Below are positions 45,883-54,183 of a DNA stretch of 54,183 nt, piece by piece. A model generated the notes under the pieces. The model did not search any database, had not been told where the DNA came from, and saw nothing but the letters and a program-made list of their open reading frames with translations. Position numbers and translations under genes: made by a program. The first letter of the stretch is position 1; every line of letters starts with the position of its first letter. Source of the stretch: Chromera velia (taxonomy: Eukaryota). The stretch lies in NCBI GenBank assembly GCA_018398765.1, contig JAHBMJ010000187.1, positions 1-54,183 on the forward strand, given 5' to 3'.

Positions 45883-46645
45883 ACCATCCATCTTTTCCAC
45901 TGAAAGAAATGAATCGCGAAAGGTCCGGCCGGAAGCACCGTCTTTCTGACAGAGAGAGGCATGCAGCCAGACTGACTGACTGACTTTTCTGATACACGTC
46001 CTTCAAGGGACTTTCCCTCAGCCTCAACCACCCGGGCAGAGAGGGAGACCACACAGGCGTCTCTGCGTAGATCTCGCCGCTGCATAGATGAATGGATCAG
46101 CGGGATGCGCCAGAGAGCACAGACAGGAAATGAGAAGAAAAGAAGCGGAAGAAAAATATCGTGTCACAGAACCACGCAAGCGTCTCTCAGTCGATCTCTC
46201 TGCTTCAATAAAATTATGAGAAAAAACGCACACGATCCGAAGCACACATACAAAGACAAAAGATCCAAAAATGGCGTGAACGGCGTCTCGAGGGTCCAGA
46301 AAGGAACGGAAGGAAGATGACGACTATCCTCCGAATTGCACCGCGAGGCTATCTCATGTAAACCGTCACTTCATCTCTTGCTGAATGCCGGCCAATCCTT
46401 CTCAACTTTTCATGAAGCTCCTGTCGCGAATTAATGGATCACCAATAGGCAACTTACCTCTTCAGGAGGGTCATCACGTGCTGGAAGGTCACGGGCCCAA
46501 CCACGGCCTGGTCTCCCTCCCCTCCCTCAGGATGGAAGAACCATTGTTGCATTTCCATTGGGACATCTTGTGACTCTGCTTGTGCTGCATCCCCACCCCC
46601 TGCTGCTGCAGTCTCGGCTTCTGCGTGAGACTCCTGTGAAGCCAT
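38822..46645 (-). CDS. HTATSF1: Tat-SF1/CUS2-like U2 snRNP-associated splicing factor (N-terminal GYF-like domain, RRM, UHM)
   Basis: 14 phase-consistent exons: 46645-46458, 46079-45985, 45451-45218, 44988-44942, 44538-44218, 43279-43229, 42981-42927, 42555-42482, 42058-41981, 41541-41396, 40839-40701, 40311-40072, 39725-39330, 38875-38822. Motifs: KNPNVYVSSLPADVT, RVKIYR...GDALITFQKEESVALAL, VRQAEF, LAWD, HPKGVVCVKF, YLHDGRTD, FADWLE. Confidence 0.88.
43467..43793. other. Assembly gap (N run); smaller gaps at 45829-45840 and 48184-48215
   Basis: Runs of N in the sequence. Confidence 0.98.
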
Positions 46646-47338
46646 TGGGAGGCTCAGGGCAGCACTCAGTGGCAGTGCCGGGAATGAGGACGACGTTCAC
46701 CTGGCGATCTTTCAACGAGAGTCTGCCTGGCTGAATTCTGTGGTGCGCTCGGTAGAAAGGCTCCTGAAGTGAAAAAAAAGAATACAATCTCCAGCCTCTC
46801 CAACAAGTCAACCGAAGATGCCTGATATTTGTACAATTGGAAGTCTTCCACCTTTTGTTGGACACTCGATCTCCTGTCGATAGTGTCAAACCAGCGCACT
46901 TCATCTCGATTGAATTGCATCGCTTCGCCTCACATCCGGCAGGAATTCTTTGCAGCCTCGCCGCCGCGGGGCGGCTCGCCGCTCTATACGGCAGGCCGCC
47001 GCGGGCCGCGGGCGCATGCATGCATGCAGGCTCGGCGACACACTGTGCATGTCTCGGAAAAGTTATCCATCAAGAGAGCTGCGCTCCGGCAGTGTCAGAG
47101 CCCAGCACATCCCAGCACCACAGCGCACACTCTCAACACAGAGTTCGCAGTCCAATCATGTCCAATCCATTTCCAGTTCGGCCGGTTGATTTCTGTTCTC
47201 TGAGACCCGTTTCATGAAGGCAGTCTGACGGTGAGGACGCGGTAGAAGCCTTTTCATACCGGGTTAATTTGCTCAGAAGTCAGAGACAGAGTTCCGAGGA
47301 GTGATCTTGGTCTGCAAGATTGGCACTATTACACTAAG

Positions 47339-50300
47339 ATGGTCGGTTCGTCGCTACCAAAGGTGTAACATGGCTGGCTGCTCCCTGTAACCCCTTCTCT
47401 CCGAACTGTTCAGCTCACTTTTGACCTTGTCCTCCTTGCATGCTGCAGGATGCCTTTGCAGTACTGGGTGTGGCTCCCGGTGTTCCCTTGGCCGAAATTT
47501 CAAGGACCCGGAAGACGCTGGCGCGCCAGTACCACCCAGACAAGCACCCGAACGTCAACAAAGAAGAGCGAAAGCAGGTGAGCGCGCATCAATAGTATGC
47601 GAGCATCCGATGAACAACTTCCTTTGATTGTTCACCTGTTCTTGTGATGTCGGCGTCTCCAATGACTTTGCTCTCTTCCATTCCCATGCCGCCATTTCCA
47701 GCGGTGACCCTGTACCTTCTCCCATGACGAGACCCCTATTCCCTCTCCGTGTCTCCCCCCATTCACACAGTCTATCATTTTCCTTCGCAGTATGAGAACA
47801 AGATGAAGGAGGTCAACGAAGCCTCCGATTCCATTAAAGAGGAATACGAATCTCGACAGAACGGTCAGTAGCAATCGACCCATGGCCGCATCTTTCAGAC
47901 GCTTCAACAGCCTGCAAGCTGGTCAGAGCGCATTTTCGAACGCGGTGGTAGTTGATTAGTGGGTATGGCAATGAATGAATCTATTTGTATAATTGGCCGA
48001 TCTGTCAGCTCGCCTGTCTTTATGCAGTTCTTTGTACATTCAATTTCGTCGTGGCAGACCGTCAACACTTTGTTTCATTCTTTTCGCCTAGCATGTGAGC
48101 AGAACCTCCTGCACCTTTCCGACCGAATTGAACGTGCAGAGACGCCGCCCGGGGCCCCCCGGATGCCAAGGGAACGGGCGAGGNNNNNNNNNNNNNNNNN
48201 NNNNNNNNNNNNNNNCCCCCCCTCCCCCCAACCTGGATGTCCGTATGGATGAGACTGAGAAGGCAATGCTTCATCCGGGGAAGCATCGCGACCGTGTGGC
48301 GGAAAAGAACAAAAATCGGTACAACATCCCCCACCCGGCCTCCTTCGAGACGGGGTCCATCTCCCCTGACTCGCTCCACAGATGGCCCCTCGGGAAGAGA
48401 CTATTCAGAAAAGAGTTCGCAGGCTCCTTCTCTCTCTCTGAGTTGGAGGTCGAGCAGCAGAACAGGCAGCGGCATCGTGAAGCGGGTGTTCGCGGAAAGA
48501 AGTGCTGGAGGAAGCAGGGGGGTCTGGTCCCACCCGCCTTCTTCTGTTCATGATTTCTTACCAGTTGGATGCCAAGGCAATCGGCCAGGACCCTGTGGAC
48601 GTTTTCATCTTCCTATGCGAAGAGGGGGGGGGACTGCTTCTGTGGTTCGACGTCTCCGACTCGAAATCGTTGCGCGGCTTTCCCTTGGTGCCACTGCGCT
48701 TTGCCTTCTGCTCGGATCCCAAGAGGCTCCTGACGGATCTCGGAGAGAAGGCCCCGTCGGTATGGGCCAAGCAGCGGAGGTTGCTTTTCGAGGGCGTAGA
48801 AAAGAAGTCTGTCTCGGCGCTCCTTGACTACCTGAAGTGCAACTCCTTGAAACTTTGCACCGAGTACAAGCGGGTGAGGGGGGCACAGGAAAAGATGAAG
48901 ACGCTGAGGGAGTCAGTGAGAGAGAGCGACACGTCGGGAATCTCGTTCCTCTATCCCCTTCCTGCACCGGGGAGCAAGACATCGGATAGACAGCCTGTCA
49001 GTCATTCATTCATTCAGTCAGTCAGTCAGTCAGTCAGTCAGTTAGTCAGTCATTCATTCATTCATTCATTCATTCATTCATTCAGTCAGTCAGTCAGTCA
49101 GTCAGTTAGTCAGTCAGTCAGTCAGTCAGTCAGTCAGTTAGTCAGTCAGTCAGTCAGTCAGTCAGTCAGTCAGTCAGTCAGTCAGTCAGTTAGTCAGTCA
49201 GTCAGTCAGTCAGTCAGTCAGTCAGTTAGTCAGTCAGTCAGTCAGTCAGTCAGTCAGTTTGTCTGTCGCGCCGCTCAGATGTGTAAGAATGCTGGATAGT
49301 AAAGACACATGCAGGCATCGTGTGAATCACAGATAGTCTTTCTGGTGGTTGTCCTTTTCTCGTCTCCTGGTACGCTTAGCCTTACCTCGTTTCTCCTGTG
49401 GATGGAAGGAAATTCTGCGTCCAGATCTCTTCTACTGATTGACTGACTGACTGACTGACTCTCTGGAAAATCTGCGTCCAGGTCGTTTTTCGGTTAATTT
49501 TCATCTTCCCTTCACATTCCTCCTCCCGGCAGCATTCGACAGATCGACAAGCTCATCTCTCTATGCGGCTCTTGGTCCCGATTTTGCCTGCATGCACATG
49601 CATTTTGGTCTGCACACAAAGTCTCGTATACATGATCAGTGCAATGGGAAGAAACATGTGCATGTGCTTTTGTATGCAGAAGACCGATCGGCAGATAAGA
49701 TACAAGAAGAACTGCAAGCACAAAAGGAGGAGGAGAGAGAAGCTCAGGAAAAGAAAGAGAGAGAACAGAAAGAAGCTCAGGAAAAGAAAGAGAGAGAACA
49801 GAAAGAAGCTCAGGAAAAGAAAGAGAAGGAGGAAAGAGAAGCCCAGGAAAAGAAAGACAAGGGGAATAGAAAAGCTCAGGAAAAGAAAGAGAAGAAGAGA
49901 AGAGAAGCTCAGGAAAGGAAAGAGAAAAAGAAGAGAGAGGCTCAAGAAAAGGAAGAGAAGAAGAAGAGAGAGGCTCAGGAAAAGAAAGAGAAGGAGGAGA
50001 GAGACGTTCAAGCCGTATCGCAACTTCACGAGATCTTTCCCGCTATGTCTCCCCACAGAATCGCGGAGGCCCTCGCATCTGCAGGCGGCAACACAACCGC
50101 AGCTTCCGATGCTCTGCTCCACGAAAGCTCTCAACAGCAGGCTCCCGTTCCGTTCTCTCACGGCGAATCGACAGAGTACTGTCCCGGTGGTTTCAAATTG
50201 CCTGCGGAGGGGGAGTCTCAGAGCGGGCCCAGAGCCGGCAAGCAGAGGTGGCAAAAAGCCAGAGGTCGCAACTGGCAGGCCAAGAAGGCCTCTTCCCGCA

Positions 50301-50383
50301 GACCGACAGAGGCGCACGCAGAGCACCACGAGGTCCCCGGTCTTCCACCCCAGCCGCGATCCTCTAAGCGCCGAACCCGTTAG
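47339..50383 (+). CDS. J-domain (DnaJ type C) protein with an E/K-rich coiled-coil repeat and a C-terminal CUE-like domain; middle part uncertain (gap plus frame break)
   Basis: Exons 47339-47362, 47449-47577 and 47791-47863 give MVGSSLPK-DAFAVLGV...ARQYHPDKHP...YENKMKEVNEA (HPD motif). A probable exon spans 48092-~49000. Exon 49680-50383 has (REAQEKKEKxx)n repeats followed by VSQLHEIFPAMSPHRIAEALASAGGNTTAASDALL (CUE FP...LL pattern). Confidence 0.65.
48997..49258. repeat. (GTCA)n/(TTCA)n microsatellite starting at a probable 5' splice site
   Basis: Visible directly in the sequence. Confidence 0.95.
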
Positions 50384-50708
50384 TACCACCACTTTGCCTC
50401 GAAGAAAGAAAAGAGGGAACTTCAAGGAAGGAAGGAAGGAAGGGTGGAAAGCAGAGTTCAGGGCGCGTGTTTTGCTGAGGGAAATAAAATGCGAATGAGT
50501 GCTTCTGAGGTGAAGGAGCGGGTGGTTCGCCTGACTCGCGAAACATTTTTCCCTTCCGCCTTTCTATTCGTTCGTTCCGTTCGTTCATTCATTCATTCAT
50601 TCATTCATTCATTCATTCATTCACATGTTCGTTCATTCGTTCGTTCGTTCTTGCAAAGTCTTGTCTCTATATCTATGTCTGTTTCTTTCTGTGTCTCTGT
50701 CTGTCTGC

Positions 50709-50751
<43 letters not shown>

Positions 50752-51520
50752 GCTGTCTTTTCTCTGCCCCCCCCAGAAAGTCAGATGAACGGAGACGCAA
50801 TTTTGCTGTCTCAAAAGGACGGAGAACCGGAAAAGCGAAGAGCAACGCGGACTGTCCATGCGCGACAAAAGGAGTGTCTGTCAAACAGAAAACTGTCCCT
50901 TCATCTCTTCCACTTTTCCTGTTGTATTTTTTTGTCTCTGAAAGAGGGCCATTCAGAGCACAACTAACGCCGTGAAAAGGTTTCTGAAGTCATGCACCTC
51001 ACTAGAACGGACGGAATTCGGTGCAGGATTGAGAGCGCGCCCTCGAGAAGGAAGAGATTGACGGGTCGATCGCTGCATGTCGTTGCCGGAGTATGACAGC
51101 TGGGGGCTGCCTGGGTGCGTGGAGGACGGGTGGAGAGATAGAGAGATCTGAGGGAGTGGGGGGGGATGGGGGGGGGGGAGATGGACTCACGAAGAAGCAT
51201 GCAGGCAGACGGGAGATATGAATAGTGGCGAATAGATTCCACTCAATAATGTTCAACTGTTCTCCCTGTGTGTTTTTTCTTCGTTCATTTCCTTTCTCAA
51301 TCCTTTACATGTGCACGGCGTCTCCGTCTCCTCTCAGCGAGGCTCCTCCTGCAATTCAAAGAACAAGTGGCGTTGCGTCATGCAGAGTTGTAGAGGAGGG
51401 GAGGGATGAACTCCTCGTCGGAGTCGTCTACCTCTGCTTCGAGATTGTTTTTTCATTTACTCTTTTATCATCCCGACTTTCTCCTGCCTTGCTCCCCGCC
51501 CTGAATTTCCCACTTTGCTG

Positions 51521-52132
51521 CTAGGGGTGATCTCAATAGTTTTAAATTTTTAAATAAAGTGGTGAGACCTCTACTTTAACTGTAAACTTTAAATTTTTCA
51601 CTTTAAACACTTTAAAACTATAAGTACTAGTCTTTTATAACTTTTTACACTTTTTTAGTGTTTATTCAGAGTTTTGGACCGTCACTACTAAGGCTGTAAG
51701 GCTGCATAGCAGCCTATAAGCAGGATCACAGCTAGCAGGGCTTTGAACATACAGGCTTTGAACCTAGGCGGCTAGGCATGACAGCTGACAAGTCAGTCGG
51801 GACCTAGGTTAGGACACATCCTCTCTAAGGTTTGCTAAGACAAACGATACCGAAGGTTTGCTAAGACAAACGATTTTTCAGAAGTTTTTAAGAAACTAGC
51901 TATAGACATAGCGATAGACCTAGCTATAGACTGATTACATTTTTTTTTACTATGTTATACATTATGTCTTCTCAGTGTTTTAAAATATATTTAATTCTTT
52001 TATTATTTATTTGTGAAGTTTTTTTTGCAGTTTTTTTTCCTCACTGGCAAGTGTTTTAAAGTTTAAAATTATTTATTTAAAGTGAAATCATCATGACTTT
52101 AATTTAAATAAATATATTAGGATCACCCCTAG
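51521..52132. mobile_element. About 610-bp AT-rich MITE-like element
   Basis: Perfect 12-bp TIR CTAGGGGTGATC / GATCACCCCTAG with looser inverted similarity for about 80 bp inward. Degenerate flanking repeat CTTTGCTG / CTTTTGCT. Internal 22-bp direct repeat AAGGTTTGCTAAGACAAACGAT occurs twice. Confidence 0.75.
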
Positions 52133-52239
52133 CTTTTGCTATGCGCTATCAAAGCGTGACTAGAAAGAAAATGAGAATTAAATAAATTAACTTAATCAAA
52201 AATAATGCTAAGCAAAAGAGAATGGTGTGTGTCGCTTAC

Positions 52240-54183
52240 GTTCATGACTTAGGGGTTAACATACAACATTAACAAACAAAAGATCATAGGTTCAATCCTC
52301 GCTACCTGCCTTTTTAAGGATCAACAAGAAAAGAGACGGAACGTTAACGTCCTGTACTATACAGATTTTGGCCTGTCGCATTTCGATCAAAATCACATGA
52401 AAGACTTCCAAAAGACTTTCTGGAAGACTACTATGAAATCAGATCGATCGCTGAATCGCAAGAAAGCTCCATGCTCCTGACATCGATCGAGTTTGTCACT
52501 AGGGATCGACCTGAACCGCTCCAGCGACATTAAGCCCTGAAGACCCTTGAACCTCTGCAAGCACTTACTAGCGCCAACCCCTCTAAGTGGGCCTTAACAC
52601 GTGGTGACGCCTAGCTCGAGATCAACAAGATCAAAGAGCTGAGCGAACGGAGACCAACCTTCTCTGCCGAACAACAACTATTCTGCAAGCAACGCAGACC
52701 ACCTTCTTCGCCCAGAGAAGGTTCACCCAGAGGAAACCAGAACGCTGTGATCATCTACATACATACTACAGGAGCCCACACCTGCGAGCCATCAACTCAA
52801 ACCTTAATTTGTACGCCCTCAACTTGGCCGTCCCTTTGGTGTCCTGTACCTGTAAGGAGAAGAAGCAGGACCACATCGCGAAGCGCTGCTGGAATTTCCG
52901 ACAGAACCCCACTTTCTGTCCTCTGCCATAAATCGACATCAGACAGGTCCACACCGCGAAGCGCTGCTGAAATTTCTGACTGTACCGCCTTTTCCTGCCT
53001 TTTTATAAATTTCACGCATTCTACCTGACAGTGAATTTGACTTCTCTTCATTTCTCTGTGAACGGCGAAGCCCTGCTCTTTTTGCGAATTTCACGCATTC
53101 TACCTGACAGTGAATTTGCCGAAGCCCTGCTCTTTTTACGAATTTCACACATTCTACCTAACAGAGAATTTGACCTCTCTTCGTTTCTCTGTAAACGGCA
53201 AAGCCCTGCCCTTTTTATGAATTTCACGCATTCTACCTGACGGTAAATTTGACTTATTTTTGTCCTTCTGCGAAAGGCAAAACACATTACGAAGCGTTCG
53301 TGCGTCTTGTGACCTGGACTTTCCTGCTAAGCAAAAAGAAAATTCGACTACTTCCATCCCTGTGTGACTTACTTTTTTCGCTTGCCGTCTTCGTATATAC
53401 GAGCAGTCTACCTGCACATACGAGACAAATACAAGTAACTCTTTCTTCATTCGAATTTGGATTGCTTCTCTTTCTTTCCTTTTGCGAAGGAGATCTTTCT
53501 GCAAATCAGGCCATCTTTCCCCTCAGCAAGTTTGGAATTTCACTCTGCTGCACAAATCTTTCCTTCACAGCTAAACAAACCCTTTTGTCTTTCTTCGAAT
53601 TCGGATTCTTCCTTCTCTTTTCGCTCTTCAACGGAACCCTACCTCTCTCACTTCATCAAGTCGTTTTTTCTCTCTGTAAGTTCATAATTTTTAACTTCCT
53701 TTACTTATATCACGAGATTTTAACAGAAATCAGCAGCGAAACAGAAAACTCTATCTAACCGAAATACAAAAATAATCCCCCAAACCCATCCGACGCGAAA
53801 AAGAACAACTGACCAGGCAAACCCCGAAGAAATCACAGCCAGAACGAGAAAGATCCTTCGAGCAATTTTGCCTGGAGAACTTCCAGAATTGCACACAACA
53901 GAGAGGGAAGAACGAGCGAGACTCATCGTGAACGAAATTTTGCAGAGGAACACAGAATTCATTGAGGACCAACAAAATCTGAGAATCTTCCTTTTGGATC
54001 AGTATTCATACACAGTCGTCGCTCATAATCGCCAGTCAGACGAAGTCATCAAGGCACTGAATCTTGACGTCACACGTCAGCTGAGATTTATCGACAGTAA
54101 CCGCCAACTTCTCCCTATATACATTCCTTCCCCCGCTCGCTACATTTGGGTAGACTGAAGGCTTTTCTGTCGAAAAAAAAAAA
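52240..54183 (+). mobile_element. Decayed retroposon-like element with a tRNA-like head, internal repeats, ORF remnants and an A-tail
   Basis: A-box-like TGACTTAGGGGTTAA (~52245) and B-box GGTTCAATCC (52289-52298). Repeats at 53000-53250. ORF remnant 53868-54158 followed by an A-run at the window end. Confidence 0.35.
52985..53255. repeat. Degenerate tandem repeat with four copies of AATTTCACGCATTCTACCTGACAGTGAATTTG (spacing about 79/53/79)
   Basis: Core copies at about 53008, 53087, 53140 and 53219; the linkers are homologous to each other. Confidence 0.85.

Noticed and set aside
49553..50498. Overlapping 311-aa Arg/Lys-rich and 290-aa Leu/Phe-rich ORFs
   Set aside because: They are alternative-frame and antisense shadows of the 33-nt purine-rich repeat; only the E/K frame leads into a recognisable CUE-like motif.
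52240..52312. Functional tRNA gene
   Set aside because: A/B-box-like motifs are present, but I cannot form acceptor and anticodon stems.
52985..53255. CRISPR-like repeat-spacer pattern
   Set aside because: The intervening sequences are homologous to each other, so this is a degenerate tandem repeat.

Overview
This is intron-rich eukaryotic genomic DNA with GT-AG introns, microsatellite-filled introns and small N gaps. The style suggests a chromerid alveolate such as Chromera velia, but that is inference. Most ORF-track entries are artefacts of microsatellites or single exons. By hand I can splice five protein-coding genes. (1) A 5'-truncated ~21 kb + strand surface receptor with 15 sushi/CCP-like exons, 9 calcium-binding EGF exons, a GPS-like motif and about 5 TM helices of polycystin-1-like spacing. 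(2) A - strand hypothetical protein. (3) A + strand Gfo/Idh/MocA oxidoreductase-like gene. (4) A - strand Tat-SF1/HTATSF1 (GYF-like + RRM + UHM) gene. (5) A + strand J-domain ... CUE-domain gene with an apparent frame break. The regions 3' of the genes hold AT/TpA-rich transposon islands: a minimal two-LTR element with a 16-nt interior and a CTAG TSD, two CTAGG-ended MITEs, a 2.07-kb TIR element with a long TSD, and a decayed element with a tRNA-like head and an A-tail. The two LTRs differ almost only by transitions, which hints at repeat-targeted C-to-T mutagenesis. No CRISPR, rRNA or intact tRNA was found.
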